Below are positions 49,974 to 59,601 of a stretch of DNA of 64,000 nt, piece by piece. Position numbers and translations under genes: made by a program. The stretch spans positions 3,200,001 to 3,264,000 of the forward strand of contig OZ251992.1 in assembly GCA_965246885.1 (NCBI GenBank). The letters are read 5' to 3'. The DNA comes from Abditibacterium sp. (GTDB lineage Bacteria; Armatimonadota; Abditibacteriia; Abditibacteriales; Abditibacteriaceae). The notes under the pieces were generated by a model. It ran no database searches, had not been told where the DNA came from, and saw nothing but the letters and a program-made list of their open reading frames with translations. Every line of letters starts with the position of its first letter. Position 1 is the stretch's first letter.

Positions 49974-50155
49974 GGGACGCACTGACAGAGGGCGGCGATT
50001 GGTTGACAAACGTCCGGGAATCATTCTCAGACGTCTGTCAACCAGTCGCCGCCCTCTGTCACCGAGTCCCAGACGTCTGTCAGCGAGCCACCGACGTCCG
50101 TCAGCCATTCCCAGACGTCTGGGAGTGTCCGACAGACGTCCGTCAGCGAGTCACC
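49974..50155 (+). repeat. Degenerate 21-nt tandem array (7-8 units) whose 5' half folds as a long hairpin
   Basis: Units at 50009, 50030, 50051, 50072, 50093, 50114, 50135, mostly starting (G/A)ACGTC; 49974-50021 is an imperfect inverted copy of 50023-50070. Confidence 0.9.
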
Positions 50156-50158
50156 GCT

Positions 50159-50578
50159 ATGATTCCCCTCACCGCCAAACGCCCCCCCGACGAGCCGACC
50201 ATCTACGAACTCGCGGGCGGCCAAGAACCACTGATGCGGATGGTCGCGCACTTTTACCGGAGCGTCGAAACCGACCCGGTTTTGCGCCCTTTATATCCCG
50301 AAGACCTGCGCGACAGCGCGTGGTGGACGGCGCTGTTCATCATTCAATACTGCGGCGGGCCATCCGACTACTCTCAAACGCGCGGCCACCCGCGTTTGCG
50401 GATGCGGCACTATCCTTTCTCCATCGGCCAGCGCGAGCGCGATGCGTGGGTCGCTCATATGAGCGCCGCCGTCGCAGCGGAAATCACCAACGAGACGGCG
50501 AGGCGGTTTCTGCTCGACTACTTCGAGCGCACCGCCACCTTTTTGATGAACCGAAGCGAAGGCGAAGCAAGAAGTTAA
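50159..50578 (+). CDS. Group II truncated hemoglobin (GlbO-like)
   Basis: IYELAGG, FY...DPVLRPLYP, GGP..YS..RGHPRLRMRH, ERDAW. Confidence 0.9.
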   Translation: MIPLTAKRPPDEPTIYELAGGQEPLMRMVAHFYRSVETDPVLRPLYPEDLRDSAWWTALFIIQYCGGPSDYSQTRGHPRLRMRHYPFSIGQRERDAWVAHMSAAVAAEITNETARRFLLDYFERTATFLMNRSEGEARS

Positions 50579-51118
50579 TCAGCCCGCATGAAACTTCACC
50601 GCTTCCACTACCCGCCCTGCCCGCTCTTCCCCAACGCGGGCGGCGAGCAGTTCCCGCAGCGCCGCCAACTCCTGCGCGCGGTCTTTGCCGCCTACAACGG
50701 CGGCGCTGGTGCGTAGCGCACCAGCGCGCGAGGCGGTATCGGTCGGGTCAAGCGCCCAAGCAGATAAATAATCGAGCGCGGCGCGGGCGGGCGCTTTGCC
50801 ACGCAGGGTGCCGTTGTCCCACGTTTGGGCGCGCAAGGCGTACGCGGACGCGCACTGCGGGTCGAGTTCGAGGGCGCGCGTGCAATCGTCGGCGCAGTTG
50901 AAGCGGTTCGAGGGCAAGCGCGACGACAAAAAGTAACGCGCGCGATCGAGAAGCGGCTCCGTGTCGAGGGGATTCGCTTCGATGACGGCGCGCAAGGCGC
51001 GCAGTTCGGCCTGCACGCCGGGATATTGGCGCTCGAAGGCTTTCAAGTCGGCGGCAGAAGCGGCGCTGGGAGCCGGAGTATCGGGCGCCGGTTTGCGCCG
51101 AAAGGGGAAAAGCGACAC
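50579..51118 (-). CDS. TPR-like hypothetical protein
   Basis: ADDCTRALELDP..ASAYALRA and AALDYLSAWALDP TPR patterns. Confidence 0.7.
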   Translation of the reverse strand: MSLFPFRRKPAPDTPAPSAASAADLKAFERQYPGVQAELRALRAVIEANPLDTEPLLDRARYFLSSRLPSNRFNCADDCTRALELDPQCASAYALRAQTWDNGTLRGKAPARAALDYLSAWALDPTDTASRAGALRTSAAVVGGKDRAQELAALRELLAARVGEERAGRVVEAVKFHAG

Positions 51119-51157
51119 AACGAGAGTTTGCTTGGCTTGGGGCGAAGCCGCCGCAAG

Positions 51158-52843
51158 TTAGCTTGTCCCTGCCGAAGCTGCGCCCTTGTGGGGCAAAGCG
51201 TACGGCGTGGGCGGGATCACTCCAAGCAGGTCGCGGCGCACCGTGCCCGCCGTTTTGTTCAAGAGCGCCCACGCCGGGGCGAATCGGTAGCCGCTCAAGC
51301 GCGCCTTAATGACGTACAAACCGGGGCGCACCACGACAACCGAGTAGGCGCCATTACTATCCGTGCGGGTGACGAAGCCGTTGTTCAGATAAATTTCCAC
51401 TCCTGCAAGCGGACGAAGGACGCCGGAGGTTCGAGAATAAGCGGTGCCCACCAGAGTGAGTTGGCCAGAAGGAGCGGGAGTGGCAGTTGGTCGGGGCGTT
51501 GGGGCGGGCGTGGCGGTCGGTTTGGGAGTGGGCGTCGGGGTGGGTTTGGGCAGCAACGAAGCGACGGCGGCGGCCACATCGAGGCGGCCATTGCTCGCGC
51601 ACACACCGCTCAGCGCGGGAGCTTGAAAGGAAGTTTGCAGCAAAAGCGCCTTCATTTGCGCCGCAGATAGGCTTGGTTTGATGCTCCACAACAAGGCGGC
51701 GGCGCCCGTTGCCATTGGCGTGGACATCGAAGTGCCATCCAAATACTGCACGCCTCCGCCGCGCGCGAGGGAGAGGATATTGGTGCCGGGCGCGAAGATG
51801 TCCACGTTTTGGGCGCCGTAGTTGGAAAAACTCGCGCGGGCGTCGTTCGCATCAGAAGCGGCAACCGACACGATAGTGGGGAAGGTGTAAGCCGAGGGAT
51901 AATCGGGGCGCGCGTCAATGGAGTAGCCCACGCCGTTGGCGTCGCCGTTGCCCGCCGCAACAAAGGAAAGGATGCCAGCGCGGTCGAGCGCGGCAAAGGC
52001 GTCTTGCAACACTTGGCTGGTATCGGGGCCGCCCCACGAAGCGTTGAGGGCGCGGATATTGACGCCGCGCGCTTTGAGGCCCAAAACGTAGTCAATGCCC
52101 GCCGCGATAGTGGGGTCGTCGCCGTTGCCCGATGCATCAAAGACTTTGACGGGAACGATGCGGGTTTGCCAGTTGACGCCCGACACGAGCAGTCCGTTAT
52201 TGCCGCGCGCGCCGATGATGCCCGCGACGTGCGTGCCGTGCGAGTCGCTCGCGTCGTCTTCGGGCGGCGTGCCGGGGGAAAAGGCGTTAAAGCCGCCGGT
52301 GAGTTCGCCCGCGAGGTCGGGGTGCGCCAGTTGCACGCCGGTATCCACGACGGCCACTGCAACCGAAGCCGAGCCGGTCGCGGTGTCCCACGCTTGGGGC
52401 GCTCCGATTTTGGCGAGCCACCACTGCGAGCCGAACTGGGGGTCGTTGGGGGTGCGGTAGACGTGGCGGGAGTGGACGGCTTCGACGTTGCGGGCGCCGT
52501 AAGTGGCGCGCAGTTTGGCGAGGGCGGTCTTCTTCTGGCTGGCGGGAACGGCAACGACGCTCCAGCCGACGTTGGCAAACGTGCGCCCGACCCACGCGCC
52601 GGGAACGACGCCTTGCAAGTCGCTTTGCAAGCGGCGCCGCGCCGCAACGGAGCGGGTCGCGGCGGAAGCGGAAGGCGAGAGAACTTGCGGGGTAAAAGCG
52701 TTCCAGCGCACGAAGACTTTGAGGGCGGGAGCTTGCCCTGCATGCGCGGGAAGTGCCGTGAGGGTGGAAAGGAAAAGCGCGGACGCGGACAAGGCGCGCG
52801 CGAAGTGTGGGAAAGGAGCCATCGGAAGCGGTGCTTTGGACAC
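51158..52843 (-). CDS. Secreted subtilisin-like S8 peptidase with Pro/Thr linker and C-terminal beta domain
   Basis: VVDTG, HGTHVAG, AAGN, GTSMSTP catalytic motifs. Confidence 0.93.
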   Translation of the reverse strand: MSKAPLPMAPFPHFARALSASALFLSTLTALPAHAGQAPALKVFVRWNAFTPQVLSPSASAATRSVAARRRLQSDLQGVVPGAWVGRTFANVGWSVVAVPASQKKTALAKLRATYGARNVEAVHSRHVYRTPNDPQFGSQWWLAKIGAPQAWDTATGSASVAVAVVDTGVQLAHPDLAGELTGGFNAFSPGTPPEDDASDSHGTHVAGIIGARGNNGLLVSGVNWQTRIVPVKVFDASGNGDDPTIAAGIDYVLGLKARGVNIRALNASWGGPDTSQVLQDAFAALDRAGILSFVAAGNGDANGVGYSIDARPDYPSAYTFPTIVSVAASDANDARASFSNYGAQNVDIFAPGTNILSLARGGGVQYLDGTSMSTPMATGAAALLWSIKPSLSAAQMKALLLQTSFQAPALSGVCASNGRLDVAAAVASLLPKPTPTPTPKPTATPAPTPRPTATPAPSGQLTLVGTAYSRTSGVLRPLAGVEIYLNNGFVTRTDSNGAYSVVVVRPGLYVIKARLSGYRFAPAWALLNKTAGTVRRDLLGVIPPTPYALPHKGAASAGTS

Positions 52844-52912
52844 GCCTGCCCCGGCTTCGTTCCTTTAGAAACCTTGCGCGCCGCCGACAAAGGGCCACAC
52901 TGTATCTCCTTC

Positions 52913-54478
52913 ATGCTTCCCGTTTTTCTTTACGACACGGCCCTGCGCGACGGCGCGCAGGCCGAGGGCGTGTCGCTCAGCGTCCTTGACAAGCTGCGCA
53001 TCGCGCGCAAGTTGGACGAGTTCGGCATCCACTTCATCGAGGGCGGCTGGCCCGGCTCCAATCCCAAAGACGAGGAGTTCTTCGCCCGCGCCGCCAATGA
53101 GACGTGGCGAAACGCACAGTTGTGCGCCTTCTCCATGACCCGCCGCGCTGGAGTCGCCGCCAAAGACGACCCGAATTTGCAAACCATCGTCGCCGCCCAG
53201 ACACCCGTTGTCACACTCGTTGGCAAAACGTGGGACTTTCATGTCGAGAACGCCCTGCGCGTTTCGCTCGACGAGAACTTGGCGATGATCGAGGAGTCCG
53301 TCGCGTGGGTCAAATCGCAAGGCCGCCGCGTCTTTTTCGACGCCGAGCACTTCTTCGATGGACTCAAGGGCAACCGCGAGTATGCCCTGCGCGTTCTCGA
53401 AGCGGCGGCCAACGGCGGCGCCGAGTTCCTCGTGCTGTGCGACACCAACGGCGGCACGCTGCCCGACTTCATTCGTGACGCCACCCGCGACGCCTTGCGA
53501 ATCGGCCCCGCCGTTGGCATCCACACCCACAACGACTGCGACCTTGGCGTGGCCAACGCCCTCGCCGGAGTCGAAGCGGGGGCAACGCAGGTGCAGGGCG
53601 TCATCAACGGCTTCGGCGAGCGGTGCGGCAACTGCAACCTCACTTCCGTCATCGCCAACTTGCAACTCAAGATGAACCGCCCCGTCGTCTCGCCCGAAGC
53701 GCTGCGCGGCCTCACTGCCTTGTCCCACTTCGTCGCCGAAGTCACGAATCTAAGTCCCAACGAGCGCCAGCCCTTCGTGGGCCGCACCTGCTTTGCGCAC
53801 AAAGGCGGCATGCACGTGGACGCGGTGCAAAAAGCGGGCGGACGCGCGTATGAGCACATCGAGCCGGAACTCGTGGGCAACGAGCGCCGCATCCTCGTGT
53901 CCGAGTATTCCGGCACGAGCAACGTGCGCGAAGTCGCGCGCGACTTGGGCACCGACTTGCCCAAAGGCAGCCCGCAAGCCAGCGCGATTTTGGCCGAAGT
54001 CAAGCGCTTGGAAGCGCAGGGCTACGAGTTCGAGAGCGCCGACGCCTCCTTCGCCCTGCTCGTGCGTCGCGCGTTGGGGAAAGAGGCGCCCATCTTCGAG
54101 CTTTTGGGGGTGCGCGTCATCAATGAACTGCGCGCGGGAAGCCCCGACTGGATCACCGAAGCCACGCTCAAACTGCGTGTGGGCGAGACGGTGCAACACA
54201 CCGTCGCCGAGGGCGATGGGCCGGTTCACGCCCTCGATAACGCACTCCGCTTGGCGCTACGCGACGCTTTTCCCCGCCTGGACGACATCCGCTTGACGGA
54301 CTTCAAAGTCCGCGTCGTCAACACCAGCGAGGGCACCGCCGCGCGCGTGCGCGTTCTCATCGAATCCGCCGACGAGAGCACGAGTTGGTCAACCGTCGGT
54401 GTCTCGACCAACGTCATCGAAGCCAGTTGGCAAGCCCTGACCGAAGCGGTATCGTTTGGACTGAGCGGCGAGAAGTAG
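52913..54478 (+). CDS. cimA: Citramalate synthase
   Basis: DTALRDGAQ, EGGWPGSNPKD, FDAEHFFDG, LCDTNGG, HTHND, FAHKGGMH, GDGPVHALD. Confidence 0.9.
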   Translation: MLPVFLYDTALRDGAQAEGVSLSVLDKLRIARKLDEFGIHFIEGGWPGSNPKDEEFFARAANETWRNAQLCAFSMTRRAGVAAKDDPNLQTIVAAQTPVVTLVGKTWDFHVENALRVSLDENLAMIEESVAWVKSQGRRVFFDAEHFFDGLKGNREYALRVLEAAANGGAEFLVLCDTNGGTLPDFIRDATRDALRIGPAVGIHTHNDCDLGVANALAGVEAGATQVQGVINGFGERCGNCNLTSVIANLQLKMNRPVVSPEALRGLTALSHFVAEVTNLSPNERQPFVGRTCFAHKGGMHVDAVQKAGGRAYEHIEPELVGNERRILVSEYSGTSNVREVARDLGTDLPKGSPQASAILAEVKRLEAQGYEFESADASFALLVRRALGKEAPIFELLGVRVINELRAGSPDWITEATLKLRVGETVQHTVAEGDGPVHALDNALRLALRDAFPRLDDIRLTDFKVRVVNTSEGTAARVRVLIESADESTSWSTVGVSTNVIEASWQALTEAVSFGLSGEK

Positions 54479-54587
54479 TAAAGCAAGCGAATGAATTCGC
54501 AGCCAGCGAGATCGTCAACCGTCGTTGACGTGCTTGTCGGCGAAAGCCGACGATCTCGCTGGCTGCGAATTCATTCGCTTGCTTTAC
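54478..54587. repeat. Long palindrome family A, copy 3 (39-bp perfect arms)
   Basis: Arms 54478-54516 and 54549-54587; inner CGTCAAC-CGTC-GTTGACG and GTCGGC-GAAA-GCCGAC hairpins. Confidence 0.93.
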
Positions 54588-56764
54588 GTCGCTTCCAGAA
54601 AGACAATGGTGAGGTCGTCGCTTTGCGGGGCGTCGCCGACGTGAAGGGAGACGGCTTCTTCGAGGTGCTTCATGCTTTCGGGGTCGGCGTGCTCGCACGG
54701 AGGGGTGGCGGGCGCCGTTCCGTTGTGGTGGTCGCCGTCGCTGTTGAGGGTTTCGAGGATGCGCTCCATGCCGAACTCCTCTCCTTGCGCGTTCATCGCT
54801 TCCGTCAGGCCGTCGGTAAACAGCAGGACGCGGTCGCCGGTATGGAGTTCGATGGTTTGAATCTTGAGCAAATCGGCGAACTCCGGCGCGCCGATGATGC
54901 CTAAGGCGAACCCGTCGGGGCTAAGAATCTCGGTGCGCTCGGAGGTATGCGCAAGAAGAAGCGGCTCGTGTCCGGCGCGGCCCCACGAGAAACGTTTGCT
55001 GGAGACTTCGAGGATGCCATAAACGCAGGTCACGAACATATTGGCGCGCAGGTCGCCGGTAATAAAGGAGTTTACGCGCGACAAAACGTCGCGCACGTCG
55101 GTATTGCCGGGGGCTTGGGCGCGAAACGCGGAGCGAATCATGGCGACGACGAGTGCGGCGGGAACGCCTTTGCCGGACACGTCGGCGACGAGGATGCCCA
55201 AATGGTCGTCGTCCACCCAAAAGAAGTCGTAGTAGTCGCCGCCCACTTCCGTTGCGCTGTTGGCGAGGGCGGTGATTTCAAAGCCGGGAACATTGGGGCA
55301 CGAATCGGGCAGCAGTTGGCGCTGGATGTCGCGGGCGATTTGCAAGTCGCGGCGGATGCGTTCTTGCTCGGCGACCTCGACGGTGAGCATCGCGTTGTTG
55401 ACGGACAAGGAGGCTTGGTCGGCGAGCGCTTGCAAGAGAGACTCGTCGTCCGGCCCGAAGGAGCCGCGCTGCTTGTTGATGACAGTCAAGACGCCCAACA
55501 GTTCGTCGCGCACGCGCAGGGGAACGATGAGCATCGAGCGGTTGCGCATGAACTCGGTCGTGGTGCCGAGCATGATGCCCTCGGCGCGCGCGTCCTCTAT
55601 AAGCATGGCGCGTCCGGTTTGCGCGACCTCGCCAATGACGCCTTCACCGATGGCGAAGCCCTGATGACGCATTTGGGCTTCGAGTTCCTCAGTGCGCCGC
55701 GCGGAGTTGCCAGTTGCGCACTCGACGTAAAGCGGCGGGAAGAAGTTGAGCACAACGCGCGGGTCGAGCCGCTTGGTGCGCCCGTCGAAGAGGTAAATCG
55801 CGCCCGCGCTCGCTTCAGTGGTTTCCAGGGCGGAATCAAGGATGATGCGCAGGATTTGATCTACTTCTACGTCGGTGGTAAACGCCGTCCCCAGCCGCTT
55901 GAGGAAGGTAAAAATGACGCTGCGCTCCCTTCCCAAGCGGTGGCGCGACATCTCGATGGACTCGTAATCGTTGAGCGTCGAGCGCGCGAACGCCATCACC
56001 AAGGCCGCGAACGCGATGAAGTGCCCGACCGGATGCGCGAGGGGATTCTGCGCCAAATCTCCTACCGTTGGAAACAACAGCCACGAGCCGAACGCAAGAG
56101 TCGCCGTGCCAAACGGCAACACCAAGATGCCCATCGGCGTGAGTCCTTGCGTCTTGGAGCGCGCTCTCGAACGAAGCGCCCCAAACAAAAAGGCGCCCAA
56201 CCCCACGCGGAACGCAATGGTCGCGCCGACCACGACGGGAATGCCCCGGTCGCCAAGCGCGCCCGTCTCAAACAGGATGGTCAGCACCGCCCAAGACAGC
56301 GCGGTCAAACTGAGCAGGACAAGCGGCAAAACGCCGACATCGCGGCCCTTGGGCTTCCATTCCAGCAGGAGCGCGTAGAGAAACAGCGCCAGCGCGAGCG
56401 ATTCGAGCGCGCCCAGATACGGCAAAAGCGGCGACATCCGCTCCGCCGACGACCCCGCAAAGCCAAGCAACCAACCGCGCCAAGGGCTGGCAATCTCGGC
56501 TTGCGCGGCGCCTGCCGCCAGAAACAACGCCAAAAAGTGTCGCACGCAGAGAGCGCTAAAAGCCCATAGTAAGCGTGTGTATTGGATGCGGTGGCGGCGC
56601 GCCGCCACGAAATACTCTTGGCCGGGGCGCTCCTCGGCGAAGTAAAGATACAAGTACTCGCGGCGGCGGGCGGCGTTCCATTCGAAGAACACGAATAACA
56701 ACCCGCTCGTGCACAAGAGCAAGTTGCAAATACTCAGCGCGAACGCGAGAATGGATGCCGACAT
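54584..56764 (-). CDS. Membrane GAF + PP2C (SpoIIE/RsbU-type) phosphatase
   Basis: Multi-TM N-terminus, GAF (GEGVIG..SMLIVPL), GGDYYD, DVSGKG, FTDG, SDD; start may be 56791. Confidence 0.92.
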   Translation of the reverse strand: MSASILAFALSICNLLLCTSGLLFVFFEWNAARRREYLYLYFAEERPGQEYFVAARRHRIQYTRLLWAFSALCVRHFLALFLAAGAAQAEIASPWRGWLLGFAGSSAERMSPLLPYLGALESLALALFLYALLLEWKPKGRDVGVLPLVLLSLTALSWAVLTILFETGALGDRGIPVVVGATIAFRVGLGAFLFGALRSRARSKTQGLTPMGILVLPFGTATLAFGSWLLFPTVGDLAQNPLAHPVGHFIAFAALVMAFARSTLNDYESIEMSRHRLGRERSVIFTFLKRLGTAFTTDVEVDQILRIILDSALETTEASAGAIYLFDGRTKRLDPRVVLNFFPPLYVECATGNSARRTEELEAQMRHQGFAIGEGVIGEVAQTGRAMLIEDARAEGIMLGTTTEFMRNRSMLIVPLRVRDELLGVLTVINKQRGSFGPDDESLLQALADQASLSVNNAMLTVEVAEQERIRRDLQIARDIQRQLLPDSCPNVPGFEITALANSATEVGGDYYDFFWVDDDHLGILVADVSGKGVPAALVVAMIRSAFRAQAPGNTDVRDVLSRVNSFITGDLRANMFVTCVYGILEVSSKRFSWGRAGHEPLLLAHTSERTEILSPDGFALGIIGAPEFADLLKIQTIELHTGDRVLLFTDGLTEAMNAQGEEFGMERILETLNSDGDHHNGTAPATPPCEHADPESMKHLEEAVSLHVGDAPQSDDLTIVFLEAT

Positions 56765-56946
56765 AGAACCATGCAACGCTTTGCCTGCCATCGTGAGGCG
56801 GAAGCCTTGCCCTTTCACCTTGAAAACCTATCTCTTCTACGCTCCCCGCACGAGTGCGGTTCACCAATCAAACAGCTTTCCAAGAGACGAGCGCCATTTT
56901 GCGCGCCATCCCCATTATAGCAAGACGCGGCTCCCCTTTTTCACCC

Positions 56947-57678
56947 TTACAACCGTTGCCAAAACCAACTGAGCCGGTCAGACAACCCCAACCCCGCAAT
57001 CACGAGCGCCGTCACCAGCGACGACACCACAAACCCCGCCGCGCCTTGCCCAACAGAATGGCGCCCCCGCTTGGCGCGCGCCCAAACCAACACCGGAATC
57101 AACCAAAAAAAGGCGAGCGGCGGCACATTGGGGTGCAATACCGTCGCTCCTAAAATCGTCGCCGACAGCACCGACACATGCACCGAAATCTTGGTGAACT
57201 GTGTTATCACCAAAATCGCCAGCCCGTTCACCGCTTGAATGAGTGACAACCCCCACACCGACGGCGGCGCGTCAAGCAAATACAGGAAGAGCGCCCCGAC
57301 GAAACCGCCAGCAATGGCCACCGCGAACGGGCCGCCCCGTTGGTCGCGCTCCATCACATGCACATCGGAAATGGTGCCGCGCCACATCCCCACCAGAATG
57401 TATGCCAAAGGAAAACCCGTTGAAAAAAGCAGGGAGATCGAAACCCACAACAAGAATTGACTCGGTTGCGAGCGCGCATGCACAATGCCAATGGTGCCGA
57501 TGGGAATGACGATATACGGACTCAGCAGCGCCGATAACACAAACGCCACCCAATCAGTAAACGAGCGTTTGCGGCGCAAACGGGCGCCGCTCCACGTTCT
57601 GCCAAATTGTCGTGGCGACCGTCCCGGCGCGGGATCACTCGACGAAGAAGAAAGGCGCTCCGGCGCGGAATCAATCAT
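56947..57678 (-). CDS. Membrane protein, PAP2-superfamily-like
   Basis: About 6 TM helices; KISVH and WAR...RHS..Q motifs. Confidence 0.65.
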   Translation of the reverse strand: MIDSAPERLSSSSSDPAPGRSPRQFGRTWSGARLRRKRSFTDWVAFVLSALLSPYIVIPIGTIGIVHARSQPSQFLLWVSISLLFSTGFPLAYILVGMWRGTISDVHVMERDQRGGPFAVAIAGGFVGALFLYLLDAPPSVWGLSLIQAVNGLAILVITQFTKISVHVSVLSATILGATVLHPNVPPLAFFWLIPVLVWARAKRGRHSVGQGAAGFVVSSLVTALVIAGLGLSDRLSWFWQRL

Positions 57679-57868
57679 TGAAGTAGGTGCGGGCCATAGC
57701 CGCGCGATTTTAAGAGGTGCGCCGGACGCCTTGGTGTGCGCCCGACCCGACTGCCTAAAATTGTGCGCCCAGTGTAGCCAAACGCCTGTCTTCCACGAAG
57801 CGCCTTGCCCCTCCAATGTCGCTTTTCATACAAACTTTGCGCGCCCTCAAAACGCTCACACTTCCCCC

Positions 57869-58732
57869 ATGCTTTCTGCCCTCCCCGATGCCCGCACGCG
57901 CGTCATCGCTCTCATCGGAGACCCGGTTTCTCATTCCATATCCCCGCGCGCGCAAAGCTACGCCCTCGCGCAAAGCGGCGCCAATGCCCTTTGCCTCGCC
58001 TTTCGCGTCACTCCCGACGGCCTGAGAAAGGCTCTTTCCGGCGCACTCGCCTTTGGTGTGGCGGGCGTCATGGTTACGATTCCTCACAAAGAAGGCGTCT
58101 TCCCGCTTTGCGACGAACTGCACCCGTCCGCCCAACTGGTCGGCGCCGCCAACCTTCTCGAACTGCGCGCCGATGGCACCCTTTGCGGTCATTCCAGCGA
58201 CGGATGGGCCGCCTTGCGCTCGCTCGACGACAAAGGCGTGAGCGTTCAGGGCGCGCGCGTCGCTATCTTAGGCGCGGGCGGCTCGGCCCGTTCGCTTGCC
58301 CTTTCTTTCGCCGACGCAGGCGCCGCTTGCGTCACGCTTTATAACCGCACCCTGGAGCGCGCCCAAACCGTCGCCGAGGAAGTGCTCAACCGCACCGGCA
58401 CCCAAGCCTTTGCCCGCGCCCTACCCGTCTCGGACTTGGAGGACGCCGATATTCTCGTCAACACCACCAGCGTTGGCATGACACCCGACGTTGGCGCGAC
58501 GCCCCTCGACGCCCGCCTTGTTATGGCACATCACACTGTCTTCGACATCGTTTACAATCCCCTCGAAACTCGTTTATTGCGCGAGGCCAAAGAGCGCGGC
58601 GCCAAAGTGGTGGATGGCCTCGATATGGTGCTGTGGACAAACGTTTACGCCGCGCGCGTCTGTCTGGGAGTGGCGCTCGAAATTCAAGACCTGCGCGACG
58701 AAGCGCGGCGCGCGCTGGGTGGCGGCGACTGA
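57869..58732 (+). CDS. aroE: Shikimate dehydrogenase
   Basis: GDPVSHSISP, VTIPHK, GAAN, GAGGSARS, NRT, NTTSVGM, DIVYNP. Confidence 0.9.
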   Translation: MLSALPDARTRVIALIGDPVSHSISPRAQSYALAQSGANALCLAFRVTPDGLRKALSGALAFGVAGVMVTIPHKEGVFPLCDELHPSAQLVGAANLLELRADGTLCGHSSDGWAALRSLDDKGVSVQGARVAILGAGGSARSLALSFADAGAACVTLYNRTLERAQTVAEEVLNRTGTQAFARALPVSDLEDADILVNTTSVGMTPDVGATPLDARLVMAHHTVFDIVYNPLETRLLREAKERGAKVVDGLDMVLWTNVYAARVCLGVALEIQDLRDEARRALGGGD

Positions 58733-58737
58733 CTCAC

Positions 58738-58842
58738 CGGCCTAATTTTTTCGTCGGCGCACCTAATTCTTCCATCGGCGCGGCTAATTCTTTCGACGGC
58801 GCGCTTCATTCTTCCGTTGGCGCGACCCGTTTCTTCTGTCCC
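58738..58842 (+). repeat. Degenerate 21-nt tandem array (5 units) between convergent genes
   Basis: cggcctaattttttcgtcggc / gcacctaattcttccatcggc / gcggctaattctttcgacggc / gcgcttcattcttccgttggc / gcgacccgtttcttctgtccc. Confidence 0.85.
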
Positions 58843-59555
58843 GTCGGGCATAAATCGAGCAACACACATTCGCCGCACTGGGGCGCGTGGTGGTGGCAGA
58901 CGCGCTGACCGTGCAGCATCAAGATTTCGTGATTGTCATAAACCTGCTGGGCCTCCCACTCGGCGGGCAACATCGCTTCCAAAACGGCGTGCGACAGGCC
59001 AACCGATAGACTCGCCGGAATCAGTCCAAGCCTCCCCGCCACGCGATGGTGGTGCGAATCTACCGGCAGGGCGCGCATCCGTAGCTTTGAAAACGCAAGT
59101 GTCGCTGCACTGGTTTTCGGGCCGATGCCACTAATGGACTCAAGCCACGCCCGCGCGTCGGTCACGCTCATCTCGGCCAGAAAATCCAGCGAGAAGCCGC
59201 CCCGCCGTTCCTTGACCTCGCGCAGCACCGCTTGAACGCGCGGCGCCTTTTGTTCGGGCCACGTGCACGGCGCAATGGCCGCTTCTATCTCTTCGACAGG
59301 CGCGTCGAGCGCGCTTTGCCAGTTGGGAAACCGCGCCTTGAGTTGGCGCCACGCCCTGCCCGAATCCGCATTCTTTGTCCGGTGCGAGAGGAGCGACGAG
59401 ATGAGTTCGTCCATCGGGTCGAGGTTGTGGAAATACGCGATTGGGCACTCGTAGAGCGCGCACAACCGCGCGTGAACTTCCAGCATTTTGGCGCGCGGCG
59501 GCAGTTGAAGGGGCGAGGCCGTTTCGGGCGCCTCGAAGAGTTGGAGGGAACTCAT
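58806..59555 (-). CDS. Endonuclease III-family (HhH-GPD, 4Fe-4S) DNA glycosylase
   Basis: LLSHRT, GIGPKT, LPVDSH, C-X6-C-X2-C-X5-C. Confidence 0.9.
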   Translation of the reverse strand: MSSLQLFEAPETASPLQLPPRAKMLEVHARLCALYECPIAYFHNLDPMDELISSLLSHRTKNADSGRAWRQLKARFPNWQSALDAPVEEIEAAIAPCTWPEQKAPRVQAVLREVKERRGGFSLDFLAEMSVTDARAWLESISGIGPKTSAATLAFSKLRMRALPVDSHHHRVAGRLGLIPASLSVGLSHAVLEAMLPAEWEAQQVYDNHEILMLHGQRVCHHHAPQCGECVLLDLCPTGQKKRVAPTEE

Positions 59556-59601
59556 ACGCATGAGTGGAAGCGATTTACGCGCCGTTTTGCACACTAAAGG
59601 C

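Noticed and set aside
49974..50155. CRISPR array interpretation of the 21-nt repeats (also 8333, 35016, 58738)
   Set aside because: Units are contiguous and degenerate, with no unique spacers and no cas genes in the window.
49842..51200. Genomic island or prophage integrated at tRNA-Leu
   Set aside because: No integrase, no duplicated tRNA 3' end seen, and downstream genes look native.
51472..51555. Repetitive GGGCGT/GGGAGT tract
   Set aside because: Encodes the ordinary Pro/Thr linker of the S8 peptidase.
51809..52912. Long N-terminal extensions in the ORF track for cimA, lon, Hsp70, larC and aroE
   Set aside because: They overlap neighbouring genes or repeats; the conserved N-termini start at downstream ATGs.
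56820..57868. Possible further 21-nt arrays in the gaps at 56820-56946 and 57680-57868
   Set aside because: Only scattered short matches (GTGCGCCC) without constant spacing.
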